In this document: piece by piece, positions 1 through 8,310 of the stretch | Numbering within the stretch: the first letter of the stretch is position 1 | Layout: each line of letters starts with the position of its first letter | NCBI GenBank assembly: GCA_946007485.1 | Contig: CAMGAM010000001.1 | Span: 1-37,537 of the forward strand | DNA length: 37,537 nucleotides | Direction of reading: 5' to 3' | DNA from: an uncultured Mycoplasmatota bacterium | GTDB taxonomy: Bacteria; Bacillota_I; Bacilli_A; RF39; UBA660 | The notes under the pieces: generated by a model | Database searches by the model: none | The model's input: only the letters and a program-made list of their open reading frames with translations | What the model was told of the DNA's origin: nothing | Translations under genes and position numbers: made by a program

Positions 1-464
1 AAGATATAGGTTTAAAATTAAAAGAGAAAAGGGAAGAGAATGGTGTCTCGGTTGAGGAAGCGGCAGAAGACTTGAAGATGAGACCTAGTCAAATAATTAG
101 TTTAGAAGAGGGAAAAAAAGAAGATTTTAAAGATGTTGTATTCTTAAAATATTTTATTAGAGATTATGCAAAATATCTTGGTTTAGATGGGGAAAAGATG
201 GTTGATGAATTTAATGAATTTTTATTTGACTTTACATCTAAAATTCCTGTCGAAGAGATAGAAAAAGCAAAGAATAGTAATACTAAAACGAAAGAAGTTG
301 TGTCTCCATATACGAATGTAAAAGAAGAAAATAAAGCATTAAAAATGATTATACTTTCAGTAGTTATAGTTGTTGTATTAGCTATTTTAGGTTATTTTAT
401 TGCCAGTTATGTATCAGGAAATGATTTTCAAGATACGAATGTAACTTATCAAATAAGGAGGTAA
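1..464 (+). CDS. rodZ: RodZ-like HTH / single-pass membrane protein (5' end outside window)
   Basis: The frame is open from base 3 (DIGLKLKEKREENGVSVEEAAEDLKMRPSQIISLEEG, an XRE-type HTH). A C-terminal TM helix is present (MIILSVVIVVVLAILGYFIASYV). It sits directly upstream of pgsA, like B. subtilis ymfM/rodZ. Stop codon TAA. Confidence 0.55.
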   Translation, partial: DIGLKLKEKREENGVSVEEAAEDLKMRPSQIISLEEGKKEDFKDVVFLKYFIRDYAKYLGLDGEKMVDEFNEFLFDFTSKIPVEEIEKAKNSNTKTKEVVSPYTNVKEENKALKMIILSVVIVVVLAILGYFIASYVSGNDFQDTNVTYQIRR

Positions 465-466
465 AA

Positions 467-1060
467 ATGAATACAGCTAATAAGATTACAATGTCTAGAA
501 TTTATTTAGCAATAGCGATGCTTATCGTATTACTGTTTCCTTGGCATCAAGTAGTAATAGATATGCCAACATATGTTCTTAATGGTAATATGACAATTGA
601 ACTTAAATATATTATAGCAGGTGTTTTATTTGTAATTGCTTCACTTACTGATTTTATTGATGGAAAAGTAGCAAGAAAATATAATATGGTAACTGATTTT
701 GGTAAGATGATCGATGCAATAAGTGATAAGATTCTTACAAATACATTGATAGTAGTGCTTGCTTGTGATAATATGATACATCCAGTTATTGCAGTAATAA
801 TTATTGCTAGAGATATTATTGTTGATTCGATAAAGATGCTTATTGGTAATAAAGGTAAAGCTGTGGCTGCAATTAAAGTTGCTAAGTATAAAACGGCTAG
901 TTTAATGATAGGGTTAACACTTAAATTATTTTATGATTTACCATTTTCATTAATACCTATTAGAGTGTCTGATTTTCTACTTATATTAGCAGCTGTTTTA
1001 TCAATTATATCTGGGGCTAAGTATTATGTTATGGCTAAAGAATATATTACGGATAAATAA
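467..1060 (+). CDS. pgsA: CDP-diacylglycerol--glycerol-3-phosphate 3-phosphatidyltransferase
   Basis: CDP-alcohol phosphatidyltransferase motif DFIDGKVARKYNMVTDFGKMIDAISDK (DGx2ARx8Gx3Dx3D). Multi-TM, 197 aa. The AGGAGG SD lies inside the end of the upstream gene. Confidence 0.9.
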   Translation: MNTANKITMSRIYLAIAMLIVLLFPWHQVVIDMPTYVLNGNMTIELKYIIAGVLFVIASLTDFIDGKVARKYNMVTDFGKMIDAISDKILTNTLIVVLACDNMIHPVIAVIIIARDIIVDSIKMLIGNKGKAVAAIKVAKYKTASLMIGLTLKLFYDLPFSLIPIRVSDFLLILAAVLSIISGAKYYVMAKEYITDK

Positions 1061-1119
1061 GTTTTTTGATAAGTAAATTTTTTATTTTAACAGTTCTTCA
1101 ACATTAAGGATAACTAAAA

Positions 1120-1153
1120 AAAATCTAATTGAAATTTTCGGTTAGATTTTTTT
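1120..1153 (+). terminator. Weak AU-rich intrinsic terminator after pgsA
   Basis: AAAATCTAA (1120-1128) pairs with TTAGATTTT (1142-1150) and is followed by a T-run. Confidence 0.45.
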
Positions 1154-1183
1154 AATGTAAAATAAGCTTTTTAGTATTTAATA

Positions 1184-1212
1184 TGGACATAAAAACTAAT
1201 ATTTGCTATAAT
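1184..1212 (+). promoter_or_regulatory. sigma-A-type promoter for the glycine-rich surface protein gene
   Basis: TGGACA (1184-1189), 17-nt spacer, TATAAT (1207-1212). It lies about 40 nt upstream of the start codon. Confidence 0.5.
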
Positions 1213-1253
1213 TAATTAAAGATAGATTAGGTTATATTTAATAGGTGAAAAAT

Positions 1254-3527
1254 ATGAAAAATAGGAAGATATATTTTATAATAGTTGTAGTTTTAATGGC
1301 ATTATTAATAAGTGTTGGTAGTTATGCTTATTGGAGTTGGACTAGTAATGAGAATAAAGCAGTTGTTTTTAATACCAGTAAGAATATTCAAGAATATATC
1401 GTTTATGATGAGGGAGAATCTAAATTTGTTGGAGACTTTAAGGTAGGAAGCAGTTATTTAGATGGAGTACATACGACAGTATCTATTCATAAGACTAGTG
1501 AAGCAGCAAATATTATTTTATATGCATCAATTAATATGAGAATAAAAGAAATAGGTGCTAATCTAGCTAATAGTGAAGGATTAAAGTGGGTAATAACTAG
1601 TGGTGATAGTAATTCAAGTGGAGAGGTATTAGCATCTGGAGATTTTTATGGAAGTAAAAGTAATGATGAATTTATTATTTTAGATAATATTGAAGTAACA
1701 GAGACTTTAACTTCATATACCGTGTGGATTTGGTTAGATGAAGGATATGCTACAAGTGAAATGACAGGAGAAAAAATTGATACGGCTATATGGACACAAG
1801 TTGATCAATACCCTGAGAATAATTTTGAAGTTACTAATTTAAGTAATAATTATCAAGTAATAAATGCAACAGTAGTAAATTCAAATAATAATATAGTTAG
1901 TTATGCAGTAACTGATAGTAATATAGAACCAGTTAAGAATAAAATTGATAAGGTAGTAGCATCACCATTAGTAAGTAGAAGTAATGATAGTGAATTAACT
2001 ATGTTAGCAGATAGTACTAACTGGATAGATATACCAGTAGAAGATCAAAAGAAAGTATATGTATTTAAATATGTAGTAAATAATACAGGAACATATTATT
2101 TATGGTTTAAAGATAGTAGTGGTAAAGTAATAAGTAAAGAGATAACAGTTAGTAATATATCTACTGATAAGCCAGCATGTACATGGTCTAATCCTAGTAG
2201 TAGTACAATTAAAGATGGAGAGAATACAACAATTGCTTTAACATGTATTGATACATCATCAAAGATTATAGATTCAGATATAAGTATCAGTGATATTAAT
2301 ATATCAAGTACAAGTATTAATGTATCAGATAGTATTGTAAAAGAAAGAATAAAGAATGGATATAAATATACCTTTACGGTAAATACAGGTAGTGATACTG
2401 GAAGTAGTACAATAATAATACCAGCTAATTTATTTACTAATGAATTTAATCTAGGTAATGATGAAGTAATAAGTCCTAGTATTACTCATTCAGCTGTATA
2501 TAACATTACATATAAAGATGTTGGTGGTAGTGAATTTAGTGGAGTACATGAAAGTGGATATCCACAGACATATAATTCAGGTGAAGAAACAATCCTTGAT
2601 TTACCAAGTAAGAATGGATATACATTTAATGGATATTATTTAAATAGTGATGGCTCAGGTGATAGAATACCAAGTATAAGTAATACACTAACTGGAGATA
2701 TAACTTTATATGTCAAATGGATAGATGATAAACCATATGGAGTAGCTAATTTATCTTTAAATGATGGAAGATTTACATTGACATTAAGTAATTATGGAGA
2801 TGATGGTTCAGGATTAACAGGTACTTATGGTTTTTCACTTATAAGCAGTGGAAGTTGTGAGAATGCAACATATACAAGTCAAACAGGTCTATCTAAAACA
2901 TATAGCGAAAATTTAAGTAATAATGTTGAATATTATGGATGTATAAAATTAGAAGATAATGATGGTAACATTGCTTATATAAAATCATCTGGAATATATT
3001 ATAAACATACATCTGGTCAACAAACATATACGACATCAGGAGAGTATGAATTTATTGTTCCAGCAACAGGAACATATAAAATAGAATTATGGGGAGCAAG
3101 TGGTGGTAATATTAGTTATGCCAAAAATGGTGGATATACTTCTGGAGAAATAATATTAAAAAAAGATGAAAAAATTTATATATACATTGGAGAAAAAGGA
3201 CATGAAAGATGTCAGCCATATACAAGTTGTACAGGTCTATCATATAATGGTGGTGGTGCAGGTGGATATTTTACCCATTCATCATATAATCCAAGAAATC
3301 CAAGTGGTGGCGGAGCAACAGATGTTAGGTTAGTATCTGGCAATTGGGATGATAGTACAAGTTTAAAAAGTAGAATAATGGTGGCTGCTGCAGGTGCTGG
3401 TATTTTAGGATTTGAAAATGCATATAACGGTTCAGCAGGTGGATTAATTGGTTATTCAGGTTATAAAGGAACAACTAGTGGTATAATTGCATCAAGTGGT
3501 GGTACACAAGTTTCTGGAGGTTCATGA
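1254..3527 (+). CDS. Giant modular glycine-rich surface protein, N-terminal segment (ends at in-frame TGA 3525-3527)
   Basis: SD AGGTGA (1242-1247) precedes ATG 1254; the ORF track starts at GTG 1245. N-terminal anchor/signal IYFIIVVVLMALLISVGSYAYWSW. One Listeria-Bacteroides (InlB B-repeat/Flg_new-like) repeat, YNITYKDVGG...GYTFNGYY...LYVKW. A glycine-rich domain then starts at YTTSGEYEFIVPATGTYKIELWGASGGN and is cut mid-domain by the TGA. Confidence 0.75.
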   Translation: MKNRKIYFIIVVVLMALLISVGSYAYWSWTSNENKAVVFNTSKNIQEYIVYDEGESKFVGDFKVGSSYLDGVHTTVSIHKTSEAANIILYASINMRIKEIGANLANSEGLKWVITSGDSNSSGEVLASGDFYGSKSNDEFIILDNIEVTETLTSYTVWIWLDEGYATSEMTGEKIDTAIWTQVDQYPENNFEVTNLSNNYQVINATVVNSNNNIVSYAVTDSNIEPVKNKIDKVVASPLVSRSNDSELTMLADSTNWIDIPVEDQKKVYVFKYVVNNTGTYYLWFKDSSGKVISKEITVSNISTDKPACTWSNPSSSTIKDGENTTIALTCIDTSSKIIDSDISISDINISSTSINVSDSIVKERIKNGYKYTFTVNTGSDTGSSTIIIPANLFTNEFNLGNDEVISPSITHSAVYNITYKDVGGSEFSGVHESGYPQTYNSGEETILDLPSKNGYTFNGYYLNSDGSGDRIPSISNTLTGDITLYVKWIDDKPYGVANLSLNDGRFTLTLSNYGDDGSGLTGTYGFSLISSGSCENATYTSQTGLSKTYSENLSNNVEYYGCIKLEDNDGNIAYIKSSGIYYKHTSGQQTYTTSGEYEFIVPATGTYKIELWGASGGNISYAKNGGYTSGEIILKKDEKIYIYIGEKGHERCQPYTSCTGLSYNGGGAGGYFTHSSYNPRNPSGGGATDVRLVSGNWDDSTSLKSRIMVAAAGAGILGFENAYNGSAGGLIGYSGYKGTTSGIIASSGGTQVSGGS

Positions 3528-5159
3528 AAAAACACAGGTACATTTGGAAAAGGTGGGAATGGTTATATAAGTAAACCAAATTCCCCTAATAATAATGATG
3601 CCACCGGAGCTGGTAGTGGTTATTGGGGAGGTGGTGGTGGACAAAGTGGCACTCCTACTGATACAAGCACTGGTGGTGTTTCAAATGGATCTGGTGGCTC
3701 ATCATATATAAGTGGCCATACTGGATGTGTTGGAATTGAGTCTTCTTCTAGTACAGCTGCTAGAACTGGTACTGATGGTGCTAGCTGTACTACTGGAACA
3801 AGTGATAATTTATGTAGTATCCATTATAGTGGAAAGAAGTTTTCTGACACAGTGATGATAGATGGAGCTGGTTATGCTTGGACTAATACGAAAGGTTCTT
3901 TAGAACAAATGCCTAATCCGAATGGTGGATATTACGATAATGGAGTAGGACATTCTGGTGATGGCGCTGCTCGTATTACTTGGAATTATATTATTAACCA
4001 ATCAACAATTATATTGACATATGATAATCAAGGTGGAAGTGAATGTTATTCAAAATCAATCACTAGTGGTTCTACATATGGAGAATTATGTATTCCAGTA
4101 AGAGATGGATATAGTTTTGGTGGATGGTATACAGAAGCAAGTGATGGTACTGAAATAACGGCATCAACAATAGTGTCAGAAACTGTAGATCATACGATAT
4201 ATGCACATTGGACTGAAGCAACTAATCCAATAATTAATTTTAGTAATAATGGAAATAGTGAATATGTATCTGGTAATATTTCTAGTAAAATTAATGTATC
4301 TCGTGGAAGTACAGATTTAGATTTAAACAGTTTTAAATATATATATTCTACAGATAGGAATGCTACTCCTGATACGATATTTTATAGAGGATATGAATAT
4401 ACACTAGAAAATGCTACGGGAATATATTATTTAATAGCTAAAGCCTGTGATGTTAATGGTAATTGTACAATGGAAGTGTCTAATCCCTTTTATGTAGATA
4501 ATAGTGCACCAAGTGGTAGTTTGATTCTTAATACTGGTAAAAGTTCTATTAATATTGAAGTTAATGCCGGCGATCAAGGTAGTGGGATTAATACTTATGA
4601 ATATTTAGCAACATTGGATAGTAGTTGTCCAATTACCGGATATGTAAGTTCAAATAATTCAAGTTATACTGTTTATTTATCTGAAAGTGGAAATTATACA
4701 GTATGTGTAAGAATTACCGATAAAGTTGGCAATAATATAATCGTTTCAAATAATATTGAGTTAGAAAGAAAAAATACTTTACCATATGGAAGAGCAGATT
4801 TATCTTTAAATGATGGTATATTTACTTTAAGTTTATCAGATTATGGAGATGAAGGAGGAGACTTATTAAATACATTTGGATTTGCAATTATAAGTAGTGG
4901 TAGTTGTGAAAGTGCAACATATGAATATCATGAAGAATTATCTAAAATATATAGTGGAAATTATATTAGTGGAACTATTTATTATGGGTGCATAAAATTA
5001 GAAGATAGTGATGGAAATATTACTTATGTAAAATCTTCTGGAATAGAATATATATATGGTGAGGGAACACAATTGTATACGACATCAGGAGAATATGAAT
5101 TTATTGTTCCTGAAACTGGTACATATAAATTAGAAGTATGGGGCGCTCAGGGTGGAAAT
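2733..5159 (+). repeat. Intragenic direct repeat pair R1 (copies 2733-3110 and 4782-5159)
   Basis: PYG.A.LSLNDG.FTL.LS.YGD...GCIKLED.DGNI.Y.KSSG...YTTSGEYEFIVP.TGTYK is encoded twice, offset 2049 nt. The nucleotide sequences align clearly by eye, roughly three quarters identical. Confidence 0.8.
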
Positions 5160-8141
5160 GGTACAAGTACTTATAAAGGTGGATATGGAGGATATTCAAC
5201 CGGGTTTATAAATTTACAAAAATCGGAGACTATTTTTATAAATGTAGGTGGTGTTGGCAGTACTGGTAAATCGGCATCTGGAGGATATAATGGAGGCGGT
5301 GAATCTGGAAATCAAGAAAGTACAGGTGGCTCCGGTGGTGGGGCGACTCATGTTGCTACAGTTAGTGGCCTTTTATATAAATTGTCGTCACAAAGGGATT
5401 CTATATTAATTGTTTCAGGCGGAGGCGGTGGCGGAGGATATTATTCGGATGGTAATTCTGGTTATGGTGGACATGCTGGAGGATATATTGGAAATAATGG
5501 AACATCAACTAAGTCATCGGATAGAATAGGAAAAGGTGGAACACAATTAAGTGGTGGAGTTGTAGAAATACGAGGTGATATTTTACCTTATTCTGGTTCT
5601 TTTGGTCAAGGTGGAACAATGCCTTCAACAGTAACTCAAATATCAGGAGGCGGTGGAGGTGGTTGGTACGGTGGTTCTTTTGGTGGAGACTATGGAGCCG
5701 GTGGCGGAGGCGGTTCAGGATATATTGGAAATAGTTTATTAACTGATAAATATATGTATTGTTATAATTGTACAACATCAGATGATGTTAATACTAAGAC
5801 ATACACAACAACTAATGTATCAGATACGCCAACTAGTGATTATGCAAAGTCTGGAGATGGAGCTGCTCGCATTACTTGGAGTATTATTAATAATCAATCA
5901 ACTATTATTTTGATATATGACAATCAAGGAGGAAGTGGATGTTATTCTAAATCGGTTACTAGTGGTTCTATATATGGCGAATTATGTACTCCAGTAAAAG
6001 ATGGATATATTTTTAATGGATGGTATACAGAGATAAGTGGTGGTACTGAAATTACTTCATCAACTACTGTATCAGAAACAGTAGATCATACAATATATGC
6101 ACATTGGACTGAAGCAACTAATCCAGTAATTACATTTAGTAATAATGGGAATAGTGGATATGTATCTGGTAATATTTCTAGTGTTATAACAGTATCTAGA
6201 GGAAGTAATAATTTAGATATGACAACATTTAAATATATATATTCAACCAATATTGATGATACTCCAAACATTGAGTTTAAAAATGAAAATAGTTATATAT
6301 TAGAAAATGCAACAGGAATATATTATTTAATAGCTCAGGCATGTGATGTTAATGGTAATTGTACAACAGAGGTATCTAATCCGTTTTATGTAGATAATCA
6401 AGGTCCTAATGGTGAAATTACCTCGATGACTTCTAATCTTAATACTTTAATAGTTAATGTAAGTGCTAGTGATACTCATAGTGGAGTAAGTGGATATGGA
6501 TATTTGATTCAAACAGATAACACTTGTCCGGCTACAGGATATGTTAGTTCAAATAATTCAAGTTATACATTTAATGTATCAAGTAGTGGAGTATACTATG
6601 TGTGTGTTAAAATAATTGATAATGTTGGTAATGTAAATATTATATCTAAGAGTTTACTTGTTGAATTTGAAATTAACTATCAAAATATTTCTAGTAATTA
6701 TAGTTGTGCTAATTCATCAGCTGGAACAAATCCGATATTTACTTATACAGGTAATTGTCAGATTATTAATGATGGTAATGGCGATTATAGAATTAAATTT
6801 TTAACTAGTGGTGAATTTACAAACAATGTTACATTAAAGTTAGATTTATTCTTAGTAGGCGGCGGAGGCGGTGGTAGATCTGGTATTGGTGGCGGAGGCG
6901 GCGGTTATACGAAAACTTATCCGAATGAAACAATTAATCCAAATACTTATACAATAAACGTTGGTGCTGGCGGTGGTGTTTCAAGTGCAGGTGGAACAAG
7001 TTATTTTGGAAATTCATCATTATATTTTGCAAATGGTGGTAATGGTGCTTCATCATCTGCTGGTTCTGGTGGCTCAGGTGGTGGTGGAAACGGATGCTTT
7101 CATGATACCGTTAATGATGGAGAAATATGTAAACACTGTGGTTCAACATATTTCGGTAATGGTGGTAGATTTGGTAATAATGGAGAATCAGGAGGCAATA
7201 ATATTGAATATGGATGGAATAATTGTACTGGTATTAGTGGAGGTGCTGGGCAAGGAACTACGACTTGTGAATTTGGAGAAGGTACACTAGGTAGTTGTAA
7301 AACCGGTATATCTGAATATTCACGAGGAGGAAGAGGAGCGACTGCTACGGCTAATTCTGGAAATGGTGGAAATGAAAATGCGGCTGGTTCATCAGGAATT
7401 GTTATTATTCGTAATGCTAAAACTATTATTGTTAATGGTATAAAACTAGGTACTTATACTGGTTTATATAAAATTGAAGAAGAAGATTCTACTAATTGGA
7501 AAGTAAAATTCTTATCAACTGGGACACTAACATTAAATAATTCTATAGATGTTGACTTGTTCTTAGTAGGTGGCGGTGGTGGCGGCGGAAGTGATTGTGA
7601 TTCAGATCCTGGATTTTATTGTCAAGCCGGCGGTGGCGGTGGCGGTGGATATACTAATACATATAAGGATGTATCGTTAAGTGCTACAAGTTATGCAATA
7701 AACATAGGTTCCGGTGGCGGTGTAGGAAGTGCTGGAGGAACAAGTTATTTTGGTGATTCATCAACATATTTTGCAAATGGTGGTGGAGCTGGAACATCAT
7801 CTTCTGGAGGATCTGGTGGTTCAGGCGGTGGAAGTGCTTCATGCTGTCGTATGAATACTTCAGTGAATTTTTATAGTACTAGAGGTAATGGAGGCTCATT
7901 TGGAAGTAATGGAGCATCTTGTTCAGCCGATTGTCCATATCAAGGGGGATCATCTGGAGGAGCAGGTCAAGGAAGTACGACTTGTGAATTTGGACTTGGA
8001 ACGACTTCATCATGTAATAGTGGAGTAACTGTTTATTCAAAAGGAGGAACAGGATCTACTTGGATAGAAAATTCAGGTAATGGCGGTAATGTATCTGGAA
8101 GTGGTTCCTCAGGAATTGTTATTATGAGAAATAAACGATAG
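3852..8141 (+). CDS. Same glycine-rich surface protein, C-terminal continuation (frame open from 3528; no SD or signal peptide of its own)
   Basis: Same reading frame as 1254-3527. Codons 3528-3851 have no stop and complete the interrupted glycine-rich domain (KNTGTFGKGGNGY...GSGYWGGGGGQ...GDGAARITW). Downstream are two more B-repeats, Ig-like modules, a second ALK/LTK-like Gly-rich domain, and two LFLVGGGGGG...SGIVIIRN Gly-rich domains. Stop codon TAG. Confidence 0.7.
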   Translation: MMIDGAGYAWTNTKGSLEQMPNPNGGYYDNGVGHSGDGAARITWNYIINQSTIILTYDNQGGSECYSKSITSGSTYGELCIPVRDGYSFGGWYTEASDGTEITASTIVSETVDHTIYAHWTEATNPIINFSNNGNSEYVSGNISSKINVSRGSTDLDLNSFKYIYSTDRNATPDTIFYRGYEYTLENATGIYYLIAKACDVNGNCTMEVSNPFYVDNSAPSGSLILNTGKSSINIEVNAGDQGSGINTYEYLATLDSSCPITGYVSSNNSSYTVYLSESGNYTVCVRITDKVGNNIIVSNNIELERKNTLPYGRADLSLNDGIFTLSLSDYGDEGGDLLNTFGFAIISSGSCESATYEYHEELSKIYSGNYISGTIYYGCIKLEDSDGNITYVKSSGIEYIYGEGTQLYTTSGEYEFIVPETGTYKLEVWGAQGGNGTSTYKGGYGGYSTGFINLQKSETIFINVGGVGSTGKSASGGYNGGGESGNQESTGGSGGGATHVATVSGLLYKLSSQRDSILIVSGGGGGGGYYSDGNSGYGGHAGGYIGNNGTSTKSSDRIGKGGTQLSGGVVEIRGDILPYSGSFGQGGTMPSTVTQISGGGGGGWYGGSFGGDYGAGGGGGSGYIGNSLLTDKYMYCYNCTTSDDVNTKTYTTTNVSDTPTSDYAKSGDGAARITWSIINNQSTIILIYDNQGGSGCYSKSVTSGSIYGELCTPVKDGYIFNGWYTEISGGTEITSSTTVSETVDHTIYAHWTEATNPVITFSNNGNSGYVSGNISSVITVSRGSNNLDMTTFKYIYSTNIDDTPNIEFKNENSYILENATGIYYLIAQACDVNGNCTTEVSNPFYVDNQGPNGEITSMTSNLNTLIVNVSASDTHSGVSGYGYLIQTDNTCPATGYVSSNNSSYTFNVSSSGVYYVCVKIIDNVGNVNIISKSLLVEFEINYQNISSNYSCANSSAGTNPIFTYTGNCQIINDGNGDYRIKFLTSGEFTNNVTLKLDLFLVGGGGGGRSGIGGGGGGYTKTYPNETINPNTYTINVGAGGGVSSAGGTSYFGNSSLYFANGGNGASSSAGSGGSGGGGNGCFHDTVNDGEICKHCGSTYFGNGGRFGNNGESGGNNIEYGWNNCTGISGGAGQGTTTCEFGEGTLGSCKTGISEYSRGGRGATATANSGNGGNENAAGSSGIVIIRNAKTIIVNGIKLGTYTGLYKIEEEDSTNWKVKFLSTGTLTLNNSIDVDLFLVGGGGGGGSDCDSDPGFYCQAGGGGGGGYTNTYKDVSLSATSYAINIGSGGGVGSAGGTSYFGDSSTYFANGGGAGTSSSGGSGGSGGGSASCCRMNTSVNFYSTRGNGGSFGSNGASCSADCPYQGGSSGGAGQGSTTCEFGLGTTSSCNSGVTVYSKGGTGSTWIENSGNGGNVSGSGSSGIVIMRNKR
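3957..6399 (+). repeat. Intragenic direct repeat pair R2 (copies 3957-4503 and 5853-6399)
   Basis: GDGAARITW, the B-repeat, TEATNP.I.FSNNGNS.YVSGNISS and ENATGIYYLIA.ACDVNGNCT.EVSNPFYVDN are all duplicated, offset 1896 nt. Long stretches are near-identical at the DNA level. Confidence 0.85.
6790..8135 (+). repeat. Intragenic tandem repeat pair R3 (copies ~6790-7420 and ~7505-8135)
   Basis: There are two copies of K.KFL(T/S)(S/T)G..T.NN...DLFLVGGGGGG...GGTSYFG.SS.YFANGG...GGAGQG(T/S)TTCEFG...SGNGGN...GSSGIVI(I/M)RN. This pair is more diverged than R1 and R2. Confidence 0.75.
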
Positions 8142-8146
8142 AAATG

Positions 8147-8183
8147 AAAAAATATTCTTTTGGAAACTTAAGAATATTTTTTG
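8147..8183 (+). terminator. Intrinsic terminator after the glycine-rich protein gene
   Basis: AAAAAATATTCTT (8147-8159) pairs with AAGAATATTTTTT (8170-8182). Stem of at least 12 bp with a T-run. Confidence 0.75.
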
Positions 8184-8310
8184 TATACCATTTAACTACA
8201 AAATGTTTATTTGGTAAAAATTGGTAAATATCTTACCTTGAATGGTTGATTAATTACCAGTTTTTTTTCATACTTCTTTTTGATACGAAGGTATCAGAAG
8301 GAGTAGTAAA

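Noticed and set aside
3525-3527. The TGA read as Trp (code 4) or Gly (code 25), i.e. an alternative genetic code
   Set aside because: Trp is written TGG throughout. About 11,000 codons of confident genes, including a 1,919-codon ORF and very Gly-rich regions, contain no other in-frame TGA. Genomes using code 4 or 25 use TGA frequently. Standard code 11 fits everything except this one site.
3525-3580. The TGA as a selenocysteine codon
   Set aside because: I see no convincing SECIS-like stem-loop in the ~40 nt downstream. The context is a glycine-rich structural loop, not a redox Cys/Sec motif.
5509-7290. Track ORFs 5509-5778(-), 6086-6271(-) and 6961-7290(+) inside the glycine-rich gene
   Set aside because: They lie entirely within a much longer, motif-supported ORF. 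Their products are low-complexity shadows of Gly codons, with no SD or promoter.
6840-7660. GGC/GGT-rich periodic stretches considered as a CRISPR array or microsatellite
   Set aside because: They are in-frame poly-Gly codon runs within a coding domain. There is no repeat-spacer structure and no cas genes.
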